In this document: positions 18,106-28,006 of the stretch, in pieces
How positions within the stretch are numbered: the stretch's first letter is position 1
How the letters are laid out: every line of letters begins with the position of its first letter
NCBI GenBank assembly: GCA_002348345.1
Contig: DEAY01000334.1
Coordinates: 1-35,921, forward strand
DNA length: 35,921 nucleotides
Source: Verrucomicrobia bacterium UBA2970
GTDB lineage: Bacteria > Verrucomicrobiota > Verrucomicrobiia > Limisphaerales > AAA164-E04
Direction: 5' to 3'
The notes under the pieces: model-generated
The model's database searches: none
What the model saw: the letters and a program-made list of their open reading frames with translations, nothing else
Told to the model about the DNA's origin: nothing
Made by a program: the position numbers and the translations under genes

Positions 18106-20328
18106 ATGGCGGGCCGGGCCTCCACGGGCGACGTAAGCAACCTCGAGACCCCGATTCATCGACTCCGTCCCAAGACACTCTTGGGTTGGCTCGTTCACCT
18201 GCTGTTCAAAGTCCTTCACCGGTTTCGCGCCTACGGGGCGACCGATCTTGATGCGCCGGGTCCGGTCCTTCTGATTCCCAATCATGTCTCCTGGCTGGAC
18301 TTCCTCATGCTGGGCGTGTGCCTGAAGGAGGACTGGCGGTTCGTCACCTCGGCCATCACCGCGGAGACCTCCTGGCTTCACCGACGCATCATGAAGAGTC
18401 GGCGAACCTTCCCCGTGGATACGTCCTCACCCTATGCGGTCAAACACATCGCCGAATTCCTGAAAAAGGGAGGCCGCTTGGTGCTTTTCGCCGAAGGAAG
18501 GATCTCGACCACCGGGAGCCTAATGAAACTCTATGAGGGAACGGGGTTTCTCCTCCTCAAGACCCAGGCGAAGGTGATTACCTGCTATCTCCGGGGAGCC
18601 AATCGCTCACCCTGGGCGGGGCAATCAGGTTGGAAGCGCTGGTTCAATCCCGTCTCCGTCCACTTTAGCCGTTTGACCACCCCTCCACAGCCATCCCACC
18701 CCAGTAACGCGGAAAGGCGTCGACAACTGACCATCTGGCTGAGGGATTTGATGGTCGATCAACAGTTCCAGGTCGAATCTCAATTTGGCCCTCGGAGCGT
18801 CTTCGACGCGATTGTCGAGAACCGCTACCTCCATCCGGGGCGGGAGGCCTTGGCGGACATGACGATGTCAACGCTTTCCTACCGCAAGGTTCTTGCGGGC
18901 ACCGAGATACTAGCCCGCCAGTGGAACCGTCACCTGCCCGATCAAAGTCGTCCCATCGGTGTTCTCCTACCCAATGTGAACGCCTGCCCGATCACCGTCC
19001 TCAGTCTCTGGGGTATTGGGCAGATTCCCGCCCTCCTCAACTACACATCAGGAATGGCCGTCCTGCTCTCTTGCTGCCGGTTGGCCCGGATCGAAACGAT
19101 CATCACCTCACGGCGTTTCCTGGAGAGAGCCAAGCTCGACCTATCGGCTCTCGAGGAGGCTGGCATCAAACTGCTCTATCTGGAAGAAATCCGAGCCGAG
19201 ATCCGCCCCATTGACCGACTCCGCATTCTTCTCACACAAATCCTCCGGAAGCCATTCCAGGAGCATCCCGTCGATCGAGAAGCCACGGCAGTCATTCTCT
19301 TTACCAGCGGTTCGGAGGGAATTCCCAAGGGCGTTGAACTCACCCATGCCAATTTAATCAGCAACGTCCAGCAGATGCTATCGGTCATCGACGTCACGGA
19401 CCACGACCGGGCATTCAACGCGTTGCCTCTCTTTCATTCCTTCGGACTGACGATCGGCACCCTGCTGCCATTGGTTCGAGGTGTCTTCATGATTCTCTAT
19501 CCTTCGCCCCTCCATTACCGCATGGTCCCAGCCCTCGTCTACGACCAAAACTGCACCATCGTCTTCGGAACGAATACCTTCCTCAATGGCTACGCGCGGA
19601 AGGCACATCGATACGATTTCCAAAGCGTCCGATACCTCTTTGCGGGGGCCGAAAAAACCCAGGCAAGCACCTTCAAGACCTGGGCAGAAAAATTTGGGAT
19701 CCGAGTCCTCGAGGGCTACGGGGCCACCGAGTGCAGCCCCTGCATCAGCGTCAACACCCGACTCGAGGTCGAGGTCGGTTCCGCCGGACGCCTCCTTCCA
19801 GGAATCAGGACCCGATTTGAACCCGTTCCCGGGGTCGAGCAGGGAGGGCGACTGTTTGTCAGCGGGCCCAATATCATGAAAGGCTACCTCAATTCCGAGG
19901 CCAACGAGTCGTTTCTCGCCCTTAAGGGGTGGTATGATACCGGGGACATCGCCGACATCGACGACGAGGGATTCGTCCACATTCTGGGACGCCTCAAGCG
20001 GTTTGCCAAGGTGAGTGGGGAGATGGTCAGCCTGACCGCCGTCGAGGATGCTCTTGCCGGTCAGTTCCAACATTTCGGTCTTCGGTCGGAGGTAGCGATC
20101 CTGACCGAACCTGACCCCCAACGAGGAGAGCGCTTGATTGCCGTGGCCAACCATCCCCGAATCACCCTTGAATCCATCCGTGATCTCATGCTCACCCACG
20201 GGCTGCCCAACCTTTCAATCCCGCGAGAGCTGAGAGTGGTGCGTGAAATTCCCAAGCTCGGCTCCGGTAAAACCGATTACGGCACTCTTCAAACAACCCT
20301 TGATCAACGGAACGAGGTGCCCCACTAA
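18106..20328 (+). CDS. aas: Bifunctional 2-acylglycerophosphoethanolamine acyltransferase / acyl-ACP synthetase
   Basis: PlsC-type NHVSWLD and FAEG, then an adenylation domain (FTSGSEGIPKG, GYGATE, YDTGD, KLGSGK). Confidence 0.9.
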   Translation: MAGRASTGDVSNLETPIHRLRPKTLLGWLVHLLFKVLHRFRAYGATDLDAPGPVLLIPNHVSWLDFLMLGVCLKEDWRFVTSAITAETSWLHRRIMKSRRTFPVDTSSPYAVKHIAEFLKKGGRLVLFAEGRISTTGSLMKLYEGTGFLLLKTQAKVITCYLRGANRSPWAGQSGWKRWFNPVSVHFSRLTTPPQPSHPSNAERRRQLTIWLRDLMVDQQFQVESQFGPRSVFDAIVENRYLHPGREALADMTMSTLSYRKVLAGTEILARQWNRHLPDQSRPIGVLLPNVNACPITVLSLWGIGQIPALLNYTSGMAVLLSCCRLARIETIITSRRFLERAKLDLSALEEAGIKLLYLEEIRAEIRPIDRLRILLTQILRKPFQEHPVDREATAVILFTSGSEGIPKGVELTHANLISNVQQMLSVIDVTDHDRAFNALPLFHSFGLTIGTLLPLVRGVFMILYPSPLHYRMVPALVYDQNCTIVFGTNTFLNGYARKAHRYDFQSVRYLFAGAEKTQASTFKTWAEKFGIRVLEGYGATECSPCISVNTRLEVEVGSAGRLLPGIRTRFEPVPGVEQGGRLFVSGPNIMKGYLNSEANESFLALKGWYDTGDIADIDDEGFVHILGRLKRFAKVSGEMVSLTAVEDALAGQFQHFGLRSEVAILTEPDPQRGERLIAVANHPRITLESIRDLMLTHGLPNLSIPRELRVVREIPKLGSGKTDYGTLQTTLDQRNEVPH

Positions 20329-20333
20329 GGCGT

Positions 20334-21233
20334 CTATACCCCCAACAAGGAACAGATCACGCCCTTCTGGGCATGCAATCGATTCTCAGCCTGATCGAAG
20401 ATGGTCTGCTGATGGGCTTCCAATACCTCTTCGGTGATTTCTTTGCCCCGATAGGCAGGAAGACAATGCATCACCAGCGCCGACTCCTTGGCGCGTGCCA
20501 ACACCTTGGAATTGATCTGATACCCGGCAAACACCCGGGCCCGCGCTTCGGCTTCTTCCTCCATCCCCATCGAAACCCACACATCGGTATACAACACATC
20601 GGCCTGGTTGGCTGCCTCGTTGACATCCTCTGTCACTATTACCTGTCCTTTGGCGGCCCTCAGGAGTTCCCCACTGGGCTGGAACCCCTCCGGTGCCGCC
20701 ACTCGCAGTTGGAAGCCGAACTTTGCGGCGGCATAGATCCACGAGGTCGCCACATTGCAAGCACCATCCCCGATGAACGTAATCACTCGATCTTCGATCG
20801 AGCCCAACTTTTCGCGGATGCTCAGCAGATCGGCCATGATCTGGCAGGGGTGGGCATGATCGGTCAGCGCATTGATGGTGGGGATCTCACTAAACGTCGC
20901 AAAGTCGACAATTTCCTGGTGGGAAAAAGTTCGGATCACGGCGCCATGCACCATACGACCCAAAACCCGGGCGGTGTCTTTGATCGGCTCCCCCCGCCCC
21001 AGTTGGAGTTCGCGGGAGCTCAAAAACATGGCTCGCCCCCCCAACTCCCGAATCCCCACCTCAAACGAGACCCGAGTCCGAGTCGACGACTTTGAGAAAA
21101 TCAAGGCCCACGTCTGTCCCTTCAGGGGCTGGAACGTCTCATCCCCCCGCATCCGCTTCAGTTCACCGGCCCGATCGAGCACTGCCCTCAAGTATTCGCC
21201 CGAATGCTCTTCCAGACTCAAGAAATGTTTCAT
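20334..21233 (-). CDS. argF: Ornithine carbamoyltransferase
   Basis: SSTRTRVSFE, HPCQ, DVWVSMG, HCLP, QAENRLH. Confidence 0.97.
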   Translation of the reverse strand: MKHFLSLEEHSGEYLRAVLDRAGELKRMRGDETFQPLKGQTWALIFSKSSTRTRVSFEVGIRELGGRAMFLSSRELQLGRGEPIKDTARVLGRMVHGAVIRTFSHQEIVDFATFSEIPTINALTDHAHPCQIMADLLSIREKLGSIEDRVITFIGDGACNVATSWIYAAAKFGFQLRVAAPEGFQPSGELLRAAKGQVIVTEDVNEAANQADVLYTDVWVSMGMEEEAEARARVFAGYQINSKVLARAKESALVMHCLPAYRGKEITEEVLEAHQQTIFDQAENRLHAQKGVICSLLGV

Positions 21234-22501
21234 ACTACCAGCTTTCTAATGGTTTGCTCCAATCGGGCGACGGCCTCGTCGGCCTGCGTTGCGCTCAGAT
21301 TCAGCGGCGGCAAAAACCGGACTACGTCCGCGCCCGCCGGAATCGTCAACATCCCCTCCTCGGCGAGGGACACCACCAGTTGCAATGACAAGGGGCGGCT
21401 TCCGTCGAGTCGAGTCGAGAATCCCTCCCGGAACACAATTCCAATCATCAACCCGATTCCCCTGACCGCCGTGATCACGTCGGGATACTTCTCCTTGAGG
21501 GCAAGCAAGGACGCCTTCAATCGGTCCCCCACCGTTCGCGCGTTGGCCTCCAACGATTTCCTGGCGACTTCCTCGATCACGGCAAGCCCCATCGCCGAGG
21601 CAAGGGGCGTCCCGCCAAAGGTGCTTCCATGACTGCCTGGTCCGAGCACTGCGCTATGCTTTTCCTCAATCCAAACCGCTCCCATCGGAAAGCCCCCTCC
21701 GAGCGACTTCGCCATCGCGATGGCGTCGGGTTGAAACCGCTGTCCCTCCTCCACCCCTTCAAGGAGTCTCTGATAACTCTGAAACCGTCCGGTGCGGAAA
21801 TGCCCGCACTGGACTCCGTCGAACAGTAATAGCAGATCGTTTTCGTCGCAAAAGCGTCGCAGCCCCAACAAAAACTCGGGGGTCGCCACATTGATCCCTC
21901 CCTCTCCCTGAATCCCCTCAACCAGGACGGCGATCGTCGAGGGACTCAAAGCCGCCTCAACCCCCTCAAGATCATTGAAGGGCACGTGGACAAACCCCGG
22001 CAGAAGCGGTTCAAACCCAGCCTTCACTTTGGGTTGCCCAGTGGCCGAGATGCCGGCGAGGGTCCTCCCGTGAAAGGAATTCTCGAAGCTGATGATTTCG
22101 AAGCGGCCGCTGTCGTGACCCACCTTGCGGGCCAACTTGATCAGGGTCTCGTTCGCTTCTGCACCGCTGTTGCAGAAGAAGCACTTTCCCGGTGCGATTC
22201 GTTGAACAAGCTGTTCGGCAAACCGCCCCTGGAGGTCGTGATAATAAAGATTGGATACATGAATCAGTTTGTCCGCCTGTTCACGGAGCGCCAGGCTCAG
22301 CGCCGGATGAGCATGTCCCAGGGCGCAAACCGCAATGCCTGCCCCCATATCCAAATAGCGCCGACCCTGATCGTCCCAAACATCGCACCCCGAGCCGCGG
22401 CAAAGGGTTAAGTCAAAGCGCCCGTAGTTGGGCACAACGAACTGTTGAAACCGTTGCTTGGTGGTGAGCTCAGCCCCCGATCCACTCTGTTGCGTTGCCA
22501 T
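21230..22501 (-). CDS. argD: Acetylornithine aminotransferase
   Basis: NSGAEANE, FHGRT, IQGEGG, AKSLGGG, HGSTFGG, RFLPPL; sits between argB and argF. Confidence 0.93.
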   Translation of the reverse strand: MATQQSGSGAELTTKQRFQQFVVPNYGRFDLTLCRGSGCDVWDDQGRRYLDMGAGIAVCALGHAHPALSLALREQADKLIHVSNLYYHDLQGRFAEQLVQRIAPGKCFFCNSGAEANETLIKLARKVGHDSGRFEIISFENSFHGRTLAGISATGQPKVKAGFEPLLPGFVHVPFNDLEGVEAALSPSTIAVLVEGIQGEGGINVATPEFLLGLRRFCDENDLLLLFDGVQCGHFRTGRFQSYQRLLEGVEEGQRFQPDAIAMAKSLGGGFPMGAVWIEEKHSAVLGPGSHGSTFGGTPLASAMGLAVIEEVARKSLEANARTVGDRLKASLLALKEKYPDVITAVRGIGLMIGIVFREGFSTRLDGSRPLSLQLVVSLAEEGMLTIPAGADVVRFLPPLNLSATQADEAVARLEQTIRKLVV

Positions 22502-22512
22502 TGCGATTGCCT

Positions 22513-23388
22513 TTATGGAATGACCTGCGTTCCAACCCCTTTATCAGTAAAAATCTCCAAAAGGAGGGCGTGGTTGACCCGACCGTCAACCAGCGAAACC
22601 TTGTGCACGCCGGCTTGAATCGCCTCCACCGCGCTATCGATCTTGGGAATCATCCCCGCGCCGATCACCTCCCTTGACTTCAGTGACGACACGTCCCCAA
22701 CCGCGAGTTCACTAATGAGACTTGAAGGATCCTTCGGATCCTCCATCACGCCGGGCACATCACTCATGAAGACCAATCGGCGCGCCTTCAGGGCGATCGC
22801 CACTTCCGCAGCGACAAGGTCGGCATTGCAATTGTAGAGCTGCCCCGACTCACTCCTTGCGGTCGGACTGATGATTGGGGTCACCGCCTCATCCATCGCT
22901 TCCCGAATTCGAACGGGATCAACAGAGAGCACCTCACCGACAAATCCCAAAGAGTAGGGTTCCCCCGCCGCATTGGTAAACTCCTTCCGTCGACACCTTA
23001 GAATCTCCCGGCCCGGCAGTCCAACCGCCCCGCCCCCCAGGGCCTTCACCGTGGCGACAATCTCCGGATTGAGCTCATTGGAGAGCACTCGGTCCACCAG
23101 TTGAACCGAAGCTTCATCCGTCACCCGGTGCCCCTCAACAAAACGAGGTTCCAACCCCTCCTCCTTCATCGCCCGACTGATCGCTTTCCCCCCTCCATGA
23201 ACGACCACGGGATTGATTCCCACCGCTTCCAAGAAAACGATATCCCGAGCCACTCCCGTTCGCACCGCCGGATCCGAGGAGTCCATGAAGCTTCCCCCGT
23301 ATTTCACCACAAAGGTTTCACCGCGAAATCGCTGGATATAGGGCAACGCCTCGAGGAGAGTCGCCGCTTTGTCAATGAGATCCTGCAC
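22513..23388 (-). CDS. argB: Acetylglutamate kinase
   Basis: LLEALPYI, VVKYGG, VHGGG, NCNAD, GMIPK, LLEIFTDKGVGT; GTG start. Confidence 0.97.
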   Translation of the reverse strand: MQDLIDKAATLLEALPYIQRFRGETFVVKYGGSFMDSSDPAVRTGVARDIVFLEAVGINPVVVHGGGKAISRAMKEEGLEPRFVEGHRVTDEASVQLVDRVLSNELNPEIVATVKALGGGAVGLPGREILRCRRKEFTNAAGEPYSLGFVGEVLSVDPVRIREAMDEAVTPIISPTARSESGQLYNCNADLVAAEVAIALKARRLVFMSDVPGVMEDPKDPSSLISELAVGDVSSLKSREVIGAGMIPKIDSAVEAIQAGVHKVSLVDGRVNHALLLEIFTDKGVGTQVIP

Positions 23389-23390
23389 GA

Positions 23391-24719
23391 TTATCCTCCC
23401 AATGCGGCGGGATTGGAAATATCCCCCTTGTTGAAGTCGACATACTCCTCGGTGAGGTCGCAGGTGTAGACCTCCGCCTTGCCCTTGCCGAGATTGAGAT
23501 CAATGTGAAGTTCGAACGCATCGCGGGCCACTTCAGCACACAATCGATCAAAGCTCACTCGAGTGGGCTTGCCCCCTCTCAACGAATAGGCCTTCTTCTC
23601 TGAATCCGGAGCGCTGTAGGCCAGGTCAACCTTTTCCTCGACAATCTGGGCCGAAGAATACCCCAGCGCATCGAGAATTCGGCCCCAATTGGGGTCCCCT
23701 CCGCACCAACTGGTCTTAACCAATAAACTGTTCGCGACGGCAGTCGCCGCGGAGCGTGCCTCGGCATCCGAACGCGCTCCGGACACCTTCAAGGTCACAA
23801 ACTTGGAAGCGCCTTCGGCATCCTTGACCATCATGTGAGCCAATTCCAGACAGACTCGATCGAGGGCAGCCTGAAAGGCCCTGAACGCCGGTGATCGGTC
23901 CGACCGAATCACCCGATTGCCCGCCAACCCATTAGCCATCAGCAAGACCGTGTCGTTGGTACTCATATCCCCATCCACCGTCACGGCATTGAATGAATGG
24001 AGCACAGCGCGATTCAATGCGCGCTGGAGAAGAGCCTGGTCCATCGCGGCATCCGTCGTGAGAAAGGCCAACATGGTGGCATGAAGTCCGGACTCGGACG
24101 AACGTTTGCCTGTTGGCGTCATCCAGGGATCGATCATTCCGGCCCCCTTGGCGATTCCCCCGATCCGGATCCGTCCCTCCCGCACGGGAATCTCAACCGC
24201 ATATTCCTTGGGATGGGTATCGCTGGTCATGATCGCTTGGGCAGCCAACCGATCGATTCGTGACCCACTTCTCAAACAACTCACTGCTTCACGGATTCCC
24301 CGATTCACATTGGGCATCGGAAGAGCGATCCCAATTCGCCCCGTCGACGCGACGTAAACCAAATGGGGATCAATCTTGAGAGCTCGTCCGGTTTGTCGAG
24401 CCATGGTCTGGGCATCCCGAAGTCCTCGTTCCCCCGTACAAGCATTGGCGTTTCCCGAATTGACGACGATGGCTTGCCCCCTCCCTGTCTTGAGACGCTC
24501 CAAACACCACTTCACAGGCGCGGCACAGACCTGGTTGGTCGTCACCAAACCAGCGACCGGACCCGCCACCTCCGAAGCAATCACGGCAAGATCCAGATCG
24601 ACTTTCTTGTTCGAGCCTTTGCCGGTGCCTAGGCGCTTGACATCGCAGTAAACCCCCGAGGTCCGGAACCCTTTGGGAACCGTGATTGAGCCCGAGATCG
24701 GTTGAAACAACGACGCCAT
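23391..24719 (-). CDS. argJ: Ornithine acetyltransferase / N-acetylglutamate synthase
   Basis: NSGNANACTG, STGRIG, IMTSD, KGAGMI, ATML, VDGDMSTND, DPNWGR, TCDLTEEYV. Confidence 0.97.
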   Translation of the reverse strand: MASLFQPISGSITVPKGFRTSGVYCDVKRLGTGKGSNKKVDLDLAVIASEVAGPVAGLVTTNQVCAAPVKWCLERLKTGRGQAIVVNSGNANACTGERGLRDAQTMARQTGRALKIDPHLVYVASTGRIGIALPMPNVNRGIREAVSCLRSGSRIDRLAAQAIMTSDTHPKEYAVEIPVREGRIRIGGIAKGAGMIDPWMTPTGKRSSESGLHATMLAFLTTDAAMDQALLQRALNRAVLHSFNAVTVDGDMSTNDTVLLMANGLAGNRVIRSDRSPAFRAFQAALDRVCLELAHMMVKDAEGASKFVTLKVSGARSDAEARSAATAVANSLLVKTSWCGGDPNWGRILDALGYSSAQIVEEKVDLAYSAPDSEKKAYSLRGGKPTRVSFDRLCAEVARDAFELHIDLNLGKGKAEVYTCDLTEEYVDFNKGDISNPAALGG

Positions 24720-25121
24720 AGAATAACAAAAAGCCTTTAAGATTCGCGAAAAGGGGGAACGGGAGACGGAAGACGAGCAACTACCCCAGCGCTTCAGTTA
24801 AGAAACTCTCTGCGGTAACTCCAAATACGATTGGTCGACGCGATCCAGATCATATCTTTCAAAAAGAAACAGGGATTACTCACCTTGTCAATCTCCTTCA
24901 GTTCCCGCCCAGGGGACGACGCGAGAGGCCAATCCAATGAAACCCGCCAGGGAGAGCCGATCCGTGATTCGGATGGCATCGTCGGTCATGCCGCCGGGAG
25001 AAGAGGGAGTTTCCCTGTCCCGAACCAAGGCCAGATTCCCCAAATCCCATCCCTTGAGGCAAGCTTTTGACCAGGTACGCAACCATCTGCTAAAGTCCCG
25101 CCTGTTGAAAGGTTAACCCTG

Positions 25122-25658
25122 ATGAGTGAGATCGAAACATCCATCCACCCAGGCCCCAATGAGACCGAGTCCTCGTCCGGGCTCTGGAAACGATTTCTCC
25201 ACGGTCGAGCCCCGGGCTCAACCTGGATTCGGATCATCGGGGTCGCGGTGGGAGCCGTCATCCTCTTCAAGGGAATCCTGATCCCAATTAAGGTCGTCGG
25301 CTTCAGCATGTTCCCGACCTACAAACCGGGAGAAATCAACTACATCAACCGGTTCGCTTTTGCAAAACGCGACCCTCAACGGGGAGAGGTGGTCTCGATT
25401 GGGACCACCGGGCGGCAGGTCACCATCCTCAAACGAGTCATCGGCCTTCCCGGAGACATCGTCTCCATGAGAAAGGGAGTGGTCTCAATCAACGGAGCCC
25501 CCATTACGGAACCCTATATCGAAACCAAAAATGGGTTTTCCACCCGGACTCCGGTCCAATTGGAGACGGATGAATACTGGGTCATTGGAGACAATCGGAT
25601 GATCTCAGAATTCTCTAAGATTCACCGAAGACACATTCTGGGAAAACCCTTGTTTTGA
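25122..25658 (+). CDS. lepB: Signal peptidase I (S26), short form
   Basis: One TM segment, GFSMFPT (catalytic Ser), LKRVIGLPGD (catalytic Lys), GDNR. Confidence 0.85.
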   Translation: MSEIETSIHPGPNETESSSGLWKRFLHGRAPGSTWIRIIGVAVGAVILFKGILIPIKVVGFSMFPTYKPGEINYINRFAFAKRDPQRGEVVSIGTTGRQVTILKRVIGLPGDIVSMRKGVVSINGAPITEPYIETKNGFSTRTPVQLETDEYWVIGDNRMISEFSKIHRRHILGKPLF

Positions 25659-26149
25659 TGTCGGCCAAACCGTTCCTCCTCACGGTCGTCATCGCCGCGA
25701 CGGGATGGTGGGCCTACACGATTCTCTTTCCCTCGCCCGAAAAACAAATTCAAGAAACGCTCCAACGATTGGCAGCGAAGGCGTCGTTTTCACCCGATGA
25801 AAAAGCCCTCGCCCGCCTCGGAGCGATGAACGCGATCCCCTCATTTTTTCATAGTAACGCCGTGCTGCGTGTATCGAGCCAGGCCTACTCCGGTTCCCTT
25901 GAAGGCCGTGCTGAAATTCGAGAGGCGATTGCCAGCTCAAGAGCGGGCGCCCGATCACTCGACATCAGGCTGACCGATCCCCAGATTACCCTCAGCAGCG
26001 CCACCGAAGCCGAACTCGTGGTGACGGCGACCGTCATCCTTGACGCGGACCCCAATCCCTCGCTGCAGATCCTTCGGATGAAGATGCTCCGATCGGGGAG
26101 GCGATGGCTCATCCACAGTGTTGAACCGATCCAGCTAAACGAGCTTTGA
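25658..26149 (+). CDS. Membrane-anchored hypothetical protein, probable NTF2/SnoaL-like fold
   Basis: N-terminal TM helix, GRAEIR motif and terminal strands ending WLIHSV. ATG 25658 overlaps the lepB stop. Confidence 0.75.
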   Translation: MSAKPFLLTVVIAATGWWAYTILFPSPEKQIQETLQRLAAKASFSPDEKALARLGAMNAIPSFFHSNAVLRVSSQAYSGSLEGRAEIREAIASSRAGARSLDIRLTDPQITLSSATEAELVVTATVILDADPNPSLQILRMKMLRSGRRWLIHSVEPIQLNEL

Positions 26150-26371
26150 GGAAAACGACCTTTGAGGACACGACGCCAATGCGAACAGCCCGGCCCTCAC
26201 CCCAATCCCGAGGTCTCGAAGAATTCCCTACGATTTGGAGCTTTTCGCTTTCGCGGCTTCCTTTTTCCGTTTCAAATACCGCGAACGACGTTGGCGCTTA
26301 CGCACTTTTCTTAACTGCTGTCCCATAATGACTAAAGGCTTAAAATCCGAACCACAAAGGGACTACCTATA

Positions 26372-26899
26372 ATGAAGTTCCCTCATCAGGCAATCTCTTT
26401 TTCAACCGCCGTTTCCTTGATGATCCTTTCCTTGTCGCTCTCCGGTTGTGCCTCTCGCTCCGACGGAGGCAAGCCTAGCGACAAATACAGCACCCTTCGA
26501 CTCTACGGCGCCGTCCAGCCAGATCGCACCGGCCGGCACCAAAGCGTCCCGATCAATCGTCGGACGCCAATGATGATGACCGTCGCCGATCAGCCCTTTC
26601 TGGATGAAGGCTACATCATGGAGGCGGCCGTCGTTGAATCAGTCGGCGGTTTCAGTCTGCGGATTCAATACGACCGGCGGGGGACGGGTTTGTTGGAGAA
26701 CGCAACTCATCGAATGCGTAATCAGCATATCGCCATTCACAGCAGTTTTCCCGAATCTCGTTGGCTGGCAGCCCCAGTGATCGACACGCCGATCAGCAAC
26801 GGCCTTCTCGTGTTCACGCCCGACGCGAGCCGTGAAGAAGCGGAGCGAATCGCATCGGGACTCAACGCCCTTGCTCGGAAACTTCGAAAGGAAAAATAA
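26372..26899 (+). CDS. Lipoprotein with SecD/SecDF P1-head-like domain
   Basis: Lipobox LSGC. The pattern IQYDRRG..LLENAT...HIAI...LAAPVI...ISNG.L......EEAERIASGL matches the SecD periplasmic head. Confidence 0.7.
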   Translation: MKFPHQAISFSTAVSLMILSLSLSGCASRSDGGKPSDKYSTLRLYGAVQPDRTGRHQSVPINRRTPMMMTVADQPFLDEGYIMEAAVVESVGGFSLRIQYDRRGTGLLENATHRMRNQHIAIHSSFPESRWLAAPVIDTPISNGLLVFTPDASREEAERIASGLNALARKLRKEK

Positions 26900-26912
26900 G
26901 GCCATCCACGGT

Positions 26913-27941
26913 ATGCGACACGTCGCCCTTTCCTATACGCTCGCCTTTTCATTGCTGGGTGCTTACGCCCAGGCCGCATCGGTTTTTCAGTTCCCGACCG
27001 CCAACCACACCCTGCTCCAAGAGAACGGAGACGCCCACTTTTTTGTGGGAACGCCGGGCCGCCCATGGACCGCGGGTTCCTTCGGCTGCGTTCGATCCTC
27101 CGGATACCAATTCCACGAGGGAGCGGATATTCGTTCGATCGCCCGTGACAAACGAAACGAACCCACGGATCCGGTCCTCTGCACGGCCGATGGATGGGTC
27201 GTTCACACGAACCGAAAGGCCGGCCTCTCCAATTACGGAAAATACGTCGTGGTCGGACACAAAGTGGAGGGCTTGGAAATCTACAGCATCTACGCTCACC
27301 TCAGCCGCGTGAACGACGAGTGGAAACCGGGCAAATGGATCGCCAAGGGAGCTCAGATCGGCATCATGGGGCGCACCTCCAACACGCGCCAGCGAATCTC
27401 AAAAGAACGCGCTCATCTCCACTTCGAAATCACGCTGCTGGCTAACCATGAGTTTCCAGACTTCTTCAAAAAGAAGTACCCCAAGGGCCGAAACGACCAC
27501 GGAATCTGGAACGGACAAAACCTGATTGGAATCGATCCCGCGGAGGTGTTTCGCGCACAAGCCGCCTCCCCCGCAGGATTCAAACTCCGCGACTATCTGC
27601 GAGAACAAGCCCCTCTCTTCAAGCTCCGTGTCCACCAAACCGAGTTCGCCTGGATCAAACGATACCGTCCTCTCATCCTCCGCTCTCCTGAACTTTCTCA
27701 TGAACAAGTGGATGGTTACGAGATTGCGTTCAACTATGGCGGTCTTCCCTACCAACTCAAACCCATCGCCATCGAGAATCCCCCCGCCGGGGAACCCTGG
27801 GAACTGATCCATGTCGACGAGGCAGTTTATCAAAAACACCCCTGCCGCAAACTCGTCATCAAGACCGGCGCGAAGTGGCGTCTGACCGCAAAGGGCAGAC
27901 AACTCATCGAGTTGCTTCTTTTTGCGGCGGATCGGCCCTAG
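26913..27941 (+). CDS. M23 family metallopeptidase, secreted
   Basis: Start at ATG 26913 with a signal peptide. HEGAD (HxxxD), YGKYVVV, YAHL, HLHFE (HxH). Confidence 0.9.
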   Translation: MRHVALSYTLAFSLLGAYAQAASVFQFPTANHTLLQENGDAHFFVGTPGRPWTAGSFGCVRSSGYQFHEGADIRSIARDKRNEPTDPVLCTADGWVVHTNRKAGLSNYGKYVVVGHKVEGLEIYSIYAHLSRVNDEWKPGKWIAKGAQIGIMGRTSNTRQRISKERAHLHFEITLLANHEFPDFFKKKYPKGRNDHGIWNGQNLIGIDPAEVFRAQAASPAGFKLRDYLREQAPLFKLRVHQTEFAWIKRYRPLILRSPELSHEQVDGYEIAFNYGGLPYQLKPIAIENPPAGEPWELIHVDEAVYQKHPCRKLVIKTGAKWRLTAKGRQLIELLLFAADRP

Positions 27942-28006
27942 CTCCCCTCCTCCTCAAAGAGACATTCTGACCGAAGTCCTCGTAATAGGCGGGTGATGAA
28001 GCATAT

